Shown here: piece by piece, positions 13,656-24,788 of the stretch | How the letters are laid out: each line of letters opens with the position of its first letter | How positions within the stretch are numbered: the stretch's first letter is position 1 | NCBI GenBank assembly: GCA_016748015.1 | Contig: JAAOMT010000664.1 | Coordinates: 1,723,569-1,787,568, forward strand | DNA from: Geosiphon pyriformis uo1 | Lineage: Eukaryota > Fungi > Glomeromycota | Direction: 5' to 3' | DNA length: 64,000 nucleotides | Translations under genes and position numbers: made by a program | The notes under the pieces: generated by a model | Seen by the model: the letters and a program-made list of their open reading frames with translations, nothing else | What the model was told of the DNA's origin: nothing | Database searches by the model: none

Positions 13656-15200
13656 AGGCTAATAAACAGTGGCTTCAACTAGAGGATCCTCTCCAAAGAA
13701 ATTGATGTTGGCATGATTGGGTCTTTGATTGGGGACATTGTTATTGTTGTTGGGTCTGTTGTTTTGGTTGTCATTGTTTCTGGGAGCTAGAGGAGACAGT
13801 AGAGAATTGTTACAATCTCTTGAATAATGTCCAGTTAATTCACAATGATAGCACACAAGTGGGCCATGATTTTGCTGTCTTTGATAGGGAGGTTGCTGGG
13901 GCTGGTTAAAACAAGGTTCGTATCTAGGTCTTGGTGGTTGCTGGTTATTTCTGACTGCTTGTGCCAAAAGTTTTAATAACTGGGCAAGATTGGCTATAAG
14001 TCTATCAATTAATTGTTCATTTGGATCTTGAGTTTGGGCAGCAAAAGAAGCAGCAGCCATTTGAGGGGCAGGAGCCATGACAGAAGCAGAAGCAAAAACT
14101 GGAAGTGTAGATCCCAAATGTATTCTTTGATTGTCTTCAATTTGTTGGGCAAGTTCAATGGCCATGTCCATTATAGGGTTGTCTTTTAGGGCCAAGAGAG
14201 GCCAAAGAGCATAAGATAAATTGGTTCTTAATCCTTTTGTGAAGGAATGAATCTTTTGTTTTTCTGTCCAGTTTCTCCTAGAGTCTACACGTTTGATTAG
14301 CTTTCTAATAGCTTTGGCATATTCAGTCACTACTTCTCCAGGGCCTTGAGTTCTTCTTTCCAATTCCATGCACCATTTGGATATTAATATTGGGGTTCTG
14401 AACTTGGCCTCAAATCAGGTAGTAAAAGAGGTATTTTCTTCTCCAGCATTGATTGGTGTCCATCTGATTATTCTGTGTTGAGCATTGGCATCTGTTTCTT
14501 GTGAGAACCAGGTAGCAGAAGAGCCTTGGAGGTAGTCACCAACAATTTGGAACTTGTATTTTTCATCATACTGGTTGGCTGTGGCAGCTCTCTCAAAATC
14601 ATCCAATCATTCAATTGGATCTTGTGCATCACCTCTAAATAGTGGTAGTGGGGTATTGTTTCTTCTTCCTAGAGCAATTTGTATATCTTGGAGGGCGGCC
14701 AGAATGTTTGCTTGCATGGGGTCATTAGCCATTGGTTCAGGGGTAACTGTTTGTGTAGACGAGTCTGATTTGCTTGATAAAAAGTCAAAAACAGAGGCAG
14801 TTTGGTAGCTTTCTTCTTCTGTTTCAAAGAGAGTTTCAGTTGCTTGATGGGCAGCAATCTAAATGTGGATTTGATGATTCAGATATTCGAAATCAGAGGG
14901 CTGTTGTTCAAAGATTGCAGAATATAAGAGCTGATTGATACTGTTGTTTCTTCTTTCAAAGTCATTTTCAAAATAAGCTTGGTCAAAGTAATAGGTTGTA
15001 TAAGCTGTGTAGGTTTCAGCTGAATGCTCGTTCAGAAACTAGTTCCAAAAGTCTTAAAATTGTCTACTGGATTGTTCTTCAAGGGGAAAGCAGATCAAGC
15101 AGAAGGGCAGAGGATTAAGTTCAATGAAATCTAGATCATTTCTGTTGTGTGCTGCAAAGTGTTCTTCTAATTGCTATGGCAGATATAAGTAATCACCCAT
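13644..15200 (-). pseudogene. gag: gag of family B, disrupted by stops but in one frame
   Basis: ATG at 15200; retrotransposon gag motifs (QGPGEVVTEY, FTKGL) and knuckle CYHCELTGHYSRDC. Confidence 0.85.
13650..13656 (-). promoter_or_regulatory. Putative -1 ribosomal frameshift slippery site U UUA AAC at gag-pol junction
   Basis: gag frame CCT TTA AAC TGG TAG; the -1 frame continues TTT AAA CTG GTA GAC into protease. Small hairpin TACCT-CCAAA-GGGTA 9 nt downstream. Confidence 0.65.
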
Positions 15201-15229
15201 ACAATGAAGGAATAAGTAAATTTTGACAA

Positions 15230-15246
15230 CCTCACAGGGAGCACCA
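15230..15246 (-). promoter_or_regulatory. Primer-binding site TGGTGCTCCCTGTGAGG (probably tRNA-Ile(UAU))
   Basis: Starts with TGG 6 nt after the 5' LTR. Its complement CCTCACAGGGAGCA-CCA resembles eukaryotic tRNA-Ile(UAU) 3' ends (from recall). Confidence 0.7.
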
Positions 15247-15252
15247 CTTTTA

Positions 15253-15989
15253 TGTTACGGGTTGGAGTAACAAGCTAACGGATAGCAAGGAAGAACAGTA
15301 TTGTATGGTGATGGAAATAAACAAAGAGGATTCAACTTCAAAGAGCGAATTGAATGAGTAAGGATTCAATGTGCAAGATCAGTCTCATAAAATATTTCAG
15401 TTGCTATTCTTTTCAAGGATAACCAGGGAATCTGAAGGTAGAAAGATAGTCCATACTGTCAACAATTGATCACCACTAGTATTAATTCTATGCCTTTACT
15501 TTGGTACTCTTAGAATTCAATATCAGATATCAACTTGTGCTTTTTAGTTATGTTTATACAAATAGTCTTCAAATACTACAATTATTCAAACAGAAAAAGG
15601 CCAACAAGTAATCTTTTATCTTAAGATGTTCGAATACTTAAAGGTAAGGAAAAGAAAATTAGCGATAAGAGAGTGATTGAGATGAAATTGTTATTTTATT
15701 TATTTGATTTTTGTCTGAGAAATGATTTTCTACAGCTAAGAGACTCATCACTTATATAGCTAATGAAAGTGGTCAACAACCAGGTCAACAACTAGGTCAA
15801 TGATCAGATCAATGATCAGGTCAATGATTAGGTCATTGATCAGGTCAATAATCAGGTCAATGATCAGGTCAATGGTCAGGTCATTGATCAGGTCAATGAT
15901 CACTATCTAAAAATAGAGTGGCTAATTATATGACATCAATGGCTAATACATGTGATAATTAATAAAAATTATGGGTTTCAATCATAACA
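15253..15989 (-). repeat. 5' LTR of family B (737 bp)
   Basis: TGTTA...TAACA termini; adjacent PBS. Confidence 0.93.
15771..15902. repeat. 12-bp tandem repeat GGTCAATGATCA x11 in 5' LTR B
   Basis: Eleven units counted; the three extra units explain the 36-bp LTR length difference. Confidence 0.9.
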
Positions 15990-16473
15990 ATATCATTAGC
16001 ATTGGAGTCATTGGAATCCACATAATTTGTTTCTTTTGCTACCATATTGTTCATGTTTTTCAAGTTAGATATCTCACTAATACTAGCATCCTCACTTTTT
16101 ACTTTGCTACCCCAAGACACCTTGTGTTTCAAATTGCTAGCTTATAAAACGTCACCAGAAATAGAACCAGCTGATGAATCTATTATATCACCAGTAATTC
16201 CAGGATTCTTAGACTTCTTGTACAAAAAACCATAAGAATATATGCTCTTAATACATGCCTTCTTTTTATTATTAAACCAGATCCCCAACCCAGCCAAAAT
16301 AGAATTAGAACCACCAGCAAAGGAGTCCACCAGTTCTATTACAACAAAAAAATATATATGAAGAGAAATAACTAAAAAAAAACAAAGAGTAAAAATAAAA
16401 AAAAAAGCTATTCTTTCATCAAAAAACTATGCTTTCATTATGGTTAGAAGATCGACAAGAGAAAGTTTTTTTT

Positions 16474-16865
16474 CATAAAATTAATACTAAATATGATTTA
16501 TAATATTCAGACAAAGATATTTTGGTTTTTTAAATCAAGTTTTTAACAAAAATTAATCTTAAAATTGCTTTTAAAATATTATTAAAAGCAATAGTTCAAA
16601 TTGTTTTCTAATAATCATTGGCAAACAAAAAAATTAATATTAAAAAAGAAGTAATAGATAAAGAATATACAGAAAACATTATGTTACAAAACAAAACTAA
16701 AAAACTATTTAGAATTGAACACACTTAAAAAATTGCTCAAGCAATTTATTTACTTTTAATTAATATTTTGGGTTTGTAATTAGTTAATTACAGAGAACAA
16801 TTAGGCAAAAACAAAAAAGAAATACAAGGTTTTAGTTTAACTGGACAATTTACAATTCCAAATTA
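16474..16865 (+). pseudogene. Fossil dUTPase domain from an old family A Gypsy
   Basis: Colinear with 61847-62240 (e.g. aaaaattgctcaagcaattta vs aaaaattgcccaagctattta; caaggttttagtttaactgga vs caaggttttggttcaactgga), differing mainly by transitions. Confidence 0.85.
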
Positions 16866-16879
16866 TATTTTATTATTCC

Positions 16880-17204
16880 AAAAACTTTTTTATTGTTTTA
16901 TTAAACAGAATAGAAATTGAAATCATATATAGCAATATCTTTTAAGATAAAACTTTTTAAATTATTTTTAATTTCATTAAAATTATAAAACAAATCTTTT
17001 TTTAAACTTAAACATCCTTTTGAGTGTTTAATATTACATATAAAAAACATTTTTATATGTCTTTTTTTAGACATATTGTTATTAAAAACAGTTATTAAAT
17101 TCACCACAAAATAATTATTTGCTTGTAAAATATTAAAAATAATAATACAGAAAGAATACAATAAAAACAAAAACTTTTTTTTCAAAAAACTGCTTTTTGA
17201 AAAA
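16880..17204 (-). mobile_element. 5' fragment of a LINE (5' UTR + ORF1 start), highly decayed
   Basis: NLITVFNNNMSKKR...NIKHS; homologous to 55130-55380. Confidence 0.6.
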
Positions 17205-17310
17205 TTTAAATATAAAAAAAAAAAGTTGATAATATTTTAAAATTATTGTATTAAATATGATTACTATTTTAAATAATTTGTTGTTATATTGTTTCTAAAA
17301 GAACACCAAA
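17205..17310 (-). mobile_element. PBS and 5' gag remnant of an ancient family A element, split from its LTR (24078-24788) by LINE-b
   Basis: Matches 145-241 after transitions; gaacaccaaa corresponds to gagcaccaaa (PBS). Confidence 0.7.
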
Positions 17311-20300
17311 AAAAAAACTTCTTTTTCTCTTTCATCCCAAATTCCCAAAAAAAGAGTCTAAGTTTTTTGAAAAAAGTTTTTTTTACAATTCAGTATAATA
17401 AATTCAAACCCTTTATTCTTGACTACGAGGCCACTGTTGGCTGCAGTATTGCTGTTATAAAGAAGGCTGTTAAGGTTTCTGGTTCTAATAATGGCTTTAA
17501 ACTTGCTCTTCCAAGAAAAAAGAGAAGGGACAGTATTTTAGAAAATAGTTCTGATGATAAAAGTGTTGGTTCTAAAGTTCAGAATAGCCACTCATGGGAT
17601 TCGGAAACTGGTGATACTACTGAGTCTGATAGTATTGATATGGAGAAGAAATGTCTTGTAGAAGAAACCAGTTTTGATTATGGTGAAGGTGGTGCTCTTG
17701 CTAAAAGAAATCCTAATTAGACACCTACTGGCTTAAAGGTTAAAACCAAAAAAGCATTAGACAAGCCATTGGGTAAGATAGATTTTTCATCTAGTAACAT
17801 TGATAATGATGTTCTCTTGGACACTCTATTGGAACTTCCCCCACTTCTCAAAAATCTGGTCAATGTTTTTGTTCGCAAATCCTTCACTTTGGATATTGGA
17901 TTGGACAAAGTGGTTGGGAAATTTTCTCAAGAAAAACTACAAATGGTTAGGAGGTTATTTTCAAAAATTAATGGTTTTGGGGGGAGGCCTCTACCACTTC
18001 AAAATTTGCTGGGATCATCAGAGCATCATTCACTTCTGAATCAAGCTTGGCACAGGCTTCCAAAAAAGCTGAAGATGTAAAAATTCTGGTAAACACTGAT
18101 CTCAAGAAGTTCTTTGGGTGCTCAGATCGGGCTGTGGTGGTAAAAAAAATTCCTGTTAGAACTTCAGCTGAGATTGTGCATGCCACGATGTCTGAGTTTG
18201 GAATAATTAAGTTGATCAAAATGCAATTGGTGGAACTGTGACAGAAAGCAGTAGTTGAATTTGAACAGATTAATTATGCTGATTTGGTCGCAACAAAATG
18301 GTTTATTCTGATTGAAAAAAATGCAGTGCATGTTGCTAGATCTGATATGGACAAAGAAACCTGAGACAGAAGAAATGTTCACAGAGTTCTTTTGTACACT
18401 CTACCAATGGGAACCAATACACATGATATTTGGAATTATGTCAACTCAGTAGATAAGAAGACATACACAATTGATCATTATCCTGTTACATATGTCTGGG
18501 CCAGATGTGCCATTGTTTGTTTCAAATCTGCTAAATCCTTAGATGTCATCATGGACACTACTCCAGTTTTGAGAGGTGTGAATTTGCATTGGTTTCGATT
18601 GGGTTTTTCTAAATGTGCTAAGTATAGGAAAATGGGTCATACATTATTGGGTTGTTTTGTGGATGGAAATTTTTCTCCTGGTAAATCTCCTCACAGGGTG
18701 CTTTCAGATGTAAATAAAAGCAGATTGGCTGTCATTTATTCCAAGTGTTTGGCTTTTATTGCTTGTTTTGTTGCTTTTGGTGATTTCTTGAGCAAAAATT
18801 GCTAGTAGATCTTTGTTTCTGCTCCTTCCTGTAAAAAATAATATGATCAATTCTGGCTCCTCTTCGGAGATGAAGCCTACTTTTCCTGTTACTTTTGACA
18901 TTGAAAAAAGGTTTGCTGTTTTGGAAAGCAGTCTTACTAACTTTGCAGAACAGATTAGTGAGTTGGCTAAGAGGTTGGACTTGCTCATTTTGGCAGTTTT
19001 CTAGTCTAGCCCTGGATGTTAACTGTTGGTGACCCCTCCATCACAGAATCAGGTGGGTGATATAGTGATGGGAGAGAACTCGAGTGTGGCCACTAGTGGT
19101 AAGGCTGCTGCACTTCTGGAATCATTTTCTTCCCCTAATATGATCAAATTTGAAAATATGTTGGAAGGTTTCTCCACTTCTGTTTTGAGTTTGTCAGCCT
19201 ATTTTGATAGTTTGGTTCTGACTGGTAGTGTGCACTCCCAATTTCCTTCTCAATGAGTGAGTTAGTCTGGAAGATTGCAACGTGTAATGTCAGAGGCATA
19301 AACAATCTTGCAAAGCAGAAGGACATTGTGTATTGGCATATAGAATCTGAAAATATGGTCTTAATTATTACTTAAACAAAATTAAAGTCTGGTTGTAGAC
19401 CATGGATTATGAACAAGTTTGATGGTATTAGAATTTTTTTATCTGGTGTAAACAAAGAGTTTTTTGAAGCTGGAGTGGCCATCATTATGAACAACTCTTT
19501 GGTCCACCATGTTTCTAAAATTGATGAGATCCCTGATTGGATTATTTTGGTGTGCCTTCTCTTCAAAGGCAAATTTTTGGTTATGGTTCTGGATTTGTAT
19601 GCCAGCACATTCTCTGGAATTAGGTTTGGTCAGACTATAGAAGTCAACTCTTTTGTCGCAAAGGCTCTGAACTCCAGTATTTTTGTGGTCTTGGACGGCA
19701 ATTTCAATAAGGACAATTCTAAGAAAAGTGCAAGTTTTAGGTTTTGTTTGGATCTGGGTTTGGCCAACTCATTTGGTACACACTTATTGGTCAGAGCTCC
19801 TACATGGAGCAATTCAAGGGGTGCCGAGAAAACAATTGATTATATTTTTGTCAGTGATAATTTGTCTTTGGCAGTTGTTGGTCAGATTGTGGCTTCTGTT
19901 TCTGATTATTTTAACACTGATCATAAGACTGTTATGGTGTTGGTTGATCTAAGTGGACTCTTGGATGTTCATCTAAATGGTTTGCGCAAACAAGCTAATA
20001 AAGATTGATGGAAGTTCAAGATTGTAGATGTGAATGGTCTCAAATGGGCTCATTTTAAAGAGTGTTCTTTGGTTAAGTTTTTTTCTGTGGTTAATGAGTT
20101 TTTGGTTGTTAGTGATGGTGGGAATTTTGATTCTATGTGGTCTTTGTTGGTAAAAGTGTTGGTCAATTTGGCTAATGAAGCATTTTCAAAACATTGGTTT
20201 TGTGAGATTAAATGCTCTTTCAACAAACAATTTTCAAAATTTTTTAAGCTGGAACTCCTGATTGCTAAATTGGTTAAGTCTCTTTAGTCTGGTGATGCTT

Positions 20301-23300
20301 CTAGAATTGGTTCCCTTCTTAATGCTTGGCTGATTGCTGATAAATGTAAAGCTCTTGAGATTTGAGACATATTGAATAATGGTGCCAGCAGTGAAGATGT
20401 TTTTGTTTGTCTGTCTGGGCTTAGGAAGAGTTACTGCTGCTCCAAGATGCATGAGACTAAAGCTGCTAAAGCTGCTGTAATTAGACATGCCATTGATAGG
20501 AGAATGAAAAATTTTTGTACAGACAAAAGCTGTATGATTAGAAGTATTTTAGATAGACCATTTCACAAGGTGGTTCTTGACTATTTAGTGGTGGATGATG
20601 AACTTGTTTTAGATCCTGGTGAAGTCAAATCCAAAGTTGATGTAATAATAGAAGAGTAAACCAGAAAGCGGTTAGCATTTACATCTTTTTCTGCTTTTTG
20701 GGCTTATTAGTACGCTTTTTTGCAATATGTGAATGATGATGCTTTCTCTGGTGTTATGGATGTTATTGGTTTTGATAAGCTTTTTCAGGTGATCAAACAT
20801 TTACTGGATAGGAAGGCTGCTGGCCTTAGTGGTATTCCTAATAAATTGTGGAAGCATTGTAATAAAATCATTCTCAAGAGCTTATTGAATCTTCTAAATT
20901 TGTGTCTGAGGGTGGACATGATTCCAATCTTGTAGAAAAGGGCATGAGTTTCCATGATATCTAAACCTTATAATTGAAAAAGAGTCTTAACAAACACTTG
21001 TTTTATTGCTCTACTGGAAACTGCTTGCAAGATCCTTTCTAAGATCCTTTCAGATCAGATTTCCTTTGCTTGCAGTAAGTTTGAAGTATTGTATGGGGAT
21101 AACTTCTCAGTTCTTTGTGGTACTTTTACACAGTCTCCCATTTTTGCTGTTGGTTTAGTAGTGGAAGATGTTTTGGAAAAAGGCAGAGAGGTTTGGTTGG
21201 TTTTGCAGAATATGCACAAGGCATATGACTTAGTTGGCTGGTACCACTTGGAGACTAGTTTGTGGTACATCAAAATGTGTAGCAGATTTATTAAGTTCTT
21301 TGGTGGAATTTATGAGAATAGATTGAACCATGTTATAACAGATTTCAGTCTTTCAGATGGTTACTGGGTGCTGAATAGTCTCAACCAAGGTGAAGTGTTC
21401 TCTTCTCTCCTTTGGTAGATCTTTTATGACCCTTTACTGTGTGAGTTTAAGAGACAGAAGAGTTTATATGGCTACCAGATTGATATCAAGTTTGTGGACA
21501 AATTAGGCAGGATAAACAATGTGAATGAAATAACTTCATTTTTTGCAGCTGGTGCTTTTGTTAATGACACTATCTGGGTAAAGAGTAGTCAGACTGCCAC
21601 ACAATTTATATTGAATGTTGCTAGTGAGTTTTTTGTGATTAATAATATTTCGATTAATAATGACAAAATGGTGGCCATTCCCATCAACCAGAGAGTTCAG
21701 AATGTTGTTCTGAAGATTAGTGAGTTGCCTATTTCAATCGCCAAATGTGGTGTGCTTCATAAATACCTGGATATATTTTTGTCAACTAATGATCTGTCCA
21801 AGTCCAGCTTGGTTAAAGCTCAATTTGATGTGAAGTTTTTTTCCAACATGGTATTATGTAAGACTATTTCTAACAAACAATTCTTGTATTTGGTTTCAGC
21901 TGTTTTTCAGCCTATTGTTAGCTACTGCACCCAATTTAGTTTTGTGTCCTCTTCTATTTGTCAGTGTTGGGATGCTATAATTAGAAAGGGTTTTAAGTCA
22001 AAGACTGGTTTGTCCTGGGACTTTCCAAATGAGGTGCTGTATTATCTTTTACTATATGGTCTAAAGACATTTAAGCAGATTCAAGTTGAGACAAAGTCTG
22101 CTTTTGTCATCAATTTTTCTAATGCTTCTGGGGTTGTTGGTCAGTTTTTTGAACACTAGTTCCTGAATTTGCAAGTTCTGGACTGGGCCCTCCTGAATTT
22201 TTTGTAGTATCCAATGAGATTACAAGTTAACCCATTCAACAATTTTCTGGCTGAGATAGTGCACATCTTTCTGAACAATAATATTTCGTTGGTAAACAAT
22301 TTGCCTAGTGCTTTTCTTAATCCTGGCAGGTATCCAGTCTTTGGTGTCTTGGGGCTTTCCTTGTATTATGATCAGGTTGTTTCATTAAAAAAATTCAGTG
22401 TGATTTTCTGTGACAGACTTTTGGACAAACATGATAGAGTCTTGGACTGGCAAACATTCCGGCATTGGAAGAGACCGGATGTCAGATGACCTGTGTCTTC
22501 TTGGTTTGTCTTGGTTTCAAGATTTTTACATGATGTGATTCTTTCATCAGCATCTTTTGGTAATAATTTTATGGTAGAGGTCAATGATGTTTTGGTCTCA
22601 AGTCAATTCTCTAATGTTAAAAATAGTCTGCTGGAAATCTGATCAAATTCTATATCTGTTTTTACAGATGGATCTTTGAGAAGGCTTGATTCTAATGATG
22701 TGGCGTTTTTTCTTGAAGTCAGGTTGGGCATAGAGCTTAAGGTAGTGAGTCTTTTATCTTCAACAATGGCTGAATTATAGGCTGTTGCTCTAGTACTGGA
22801 GTGTATTCCTTTTTTTTGTTCAGTAGAGGTGTGTTTAGACAGTTAAGCTGCTTTGGATACATGTGTTTCAGAATTGAAAATGGGTGTTTTTGATTTTCGT
22901 AATTGCTGCTGAATAGAAAGGAGGCACATTGCAAATTTGGTTAATTAAAAGAACATTTCTGTGGTTTGGTCAAAAGTCAAAAGCCACTCTGGTGTGGTGG
23001 GTAACAATTGTGCAAATGTGTTAGCAGACATTTCTGTCCACTCCTCCTTGCTGCTGCTGACTAATGTGCATAAATGTTTTATAATGGCCAATAGCATGCT
23101 GATATCTGATAACATTTGACACTTCATTCATAATATTTTTAGATCTGTGAATCATGTATATTGGGAAATTAGTCCTGGTTCTAAGATTCTGTGTGGTTTT
23201 TTAGTGCATAACATTGATTGGATTAGGACTGTAGCCATTTGGCATCCGGATTTGGGCATGCTATCTGGGTCAACAAGTAGAGCTTCAGCTAGCTTGCATT

Positions 23301-24068
23301 CCTACTTTATGAAACTTGTGTATGACAGATTGCCCATCACAGTTAAGAAAAGACTTTATAACAAGGAATATCCTGACATTTTGTGCTTGCATTGTGGTGA
23401 AGTTGAATTCTCAGATTATGTGTTTACTTGCAGCAAGGAAGCTGTTTCCTGCAGTGTGATTTTGCTCAAATAAGTAGCAGTTTGGAGGTTTTTAGCTGGC
23501 TCTTGTCTCCTAGCATTTTCAGTGGTCCTAGAATCTCTTCTTTTGTGTGTGCATAACGTTGGCTTATATGTCCTTTTTTGCAAAGGCTTTGTGCTTGTAG
23601 GATGATTTAAGGAAGCTGTGTGAATATTTGAGAATCACAAAGAGACTGCCCAGATTCTTGTTGATTTTGTGCGAGACATGGAAATGCGACATTGTTCTGA
23701 GCTATAGGAGTTTAAATTCCAATTTAGAGCTGATATGGAGAAAAATAATTTGGTCAGTAATTCAGATGTATTACTTGTGGCATTGTGTGGCTCAGAACGG
23801 GGTTTATCAGATGGTACAGTTAAGCTGATTGGTACTGATGATTTCTTTGGGGTCAGTTTTGGTTTCCATAAGCCTTATTTGTTTTTTTTTGGTTTGGATA
23901 ATTTAACTACTGTTCTTATAAGTGTGTAGTATTGCTTTGATTAATCCAAGTGATTAGTTACATATAGTAAATGTGTGAATCATATCTAGCTGGGATTCAT
24001 AGTTTTGATTCTGTATACTAGATAATGATTGGACTGCACTTGTTAAACTGTTAATAAAAAAAAAAAAA
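17311..24068 (+). mobile_element. LINE-b: full-length APE-RT-RNaseH non-LTR retrotransposon, decayed
   Basis: ORF1 ends 19256; ORF2 19253-23929 (CNVRG, DGNFN, TIDYIF, NTDH; QGE, FVNDT; FTDGS, KVKSHSG; CLHC..C). Poly(A) from ~24056; TSD AACACCAAA 17302-17310 / 24069-24077. Confidence 0.93.
23930..24055 (+). other. Conserved structured LINE 3' tail (three stems + possible pseudoknot)
   Basis: Pairings TGATTAA/TTAGTTA, TACATAT/ATGTGTG, TCATATCTAG/CTAGATAATGA and loop CAAGTG with CACTTG. Homologous tails at 25417-25554, 52252-52400 and 52571-52697. Confidence 0.6.
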
Positions 24069-24077
24069 AACACCAAA

Positions 24078-24788
24078 TATTATTAAAAATTTTAGTTATT
24101 TTTTAATAATGTTATTAATATTATTTTGCTATTAATTTTATTATTAATAAAAGTTGTTGAATTTTTAATAAGCTAATTTATTTTTCAAAGTATTTTTCTA
24201 TACTTTAAATTATTATAACTATTAAGTTTTTAATAATATGTAATTACTTTGTTATAAAAGTTAACTGTTTTATAAGAAGTCTTAATTATAAGCTATTTAA
24301 ATAATATCATATAAAAAAAATATAAAAAAAAATATAAAAAGAATTATTTTTAGCTTAGATTTAAAATCAATTAAGTAATTATTAAAATTTGTAGTTAATT
24401 AATTTTAGAATATTAATTATAATTGTAAATTTGAATAGTAATAATTAGGAAAAAGTTAGATTTTTAAAATAAATTTTATTAAATTAATTTTTAAGAATTA
24501 ATTACTTGCTATAAAAATAGTTTTAAATTAATATATATTTTTTGAAAAAAAAATTTTTATATATAATTTATAGTATTATTTTATAATTTTACACTTTTTT
24601 TTATTAATATTTTAACAAATTAAAAATATATTTTGTTAAACTACAAGTTGTTTTTATAAATTATTAATTAAATAATAATATTTAATAATTTAATAAAATA
24701 ATAAATAATAATAATATATAATAATTAATAATAAAAATTATAAAAATAATTTTATGCTAATTAATGACTTAAATTTTTATTAATAACA
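24078..24788 (-). mobile_element. Ancient, extremely AT-decayed 5' LTR of family A
   Basis: tattattaaaaattttagtt corresponds to tgttaccagaggtttttggt; ends aattttatgctaattaatgacttaaatttttattaataaca, matching the LTR A terminus. Confidence 0.75.

Larger units (their letters stand above)
8217..15989 (-). mobile_element. Full-length Ty3/Gypsy LTR retrotransposon family B (decayed)
   Basis: 5' LTR 15253-15989, 3' LTR 8217-8917, TSD ATAT (8213-8216 / 15990-15993), PBS, gag CCHC knuckle, PR DSGS, RT YLDD, RNase H HTDA, integrase HHCC/core/KGPF in Ty3 order. Confidence 0.95.
1227..16473 (-). mobile_element. LINE-a: APE-type non-LTR retrotransposon (ORF1 + ORF2 APE-RT-RNaseH-Zn finger), decayed, interrupted by a solo LTR and the family B Gypsy
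   Basis: ORF1 fragments 16330-15990 and 8216-6605 (RRM-like, knuckle CAQCKQFGHISVDC). ORF2 fragments: CNVR, GGNFN, TIDY (APE); QPIALIET, QG, AFVNDT (RT); VYMNESL (RNase H); CLYC..H..C. 5' end resembles LINE-c 5' end. Confidence 0.9.

Noticed and set aside
15771-15902. CRISPR-like array
   Set aside because: Contiguous 12-bp tandem units with no spacers, inside a eukaryotic LTR.
16431-16473. Self-cleaving ribozyme at LINE 5' end
   Set aside because: Neither a hammerhead core (CUGANGA...GAAA) nor HDV-like nested pairings could be found.
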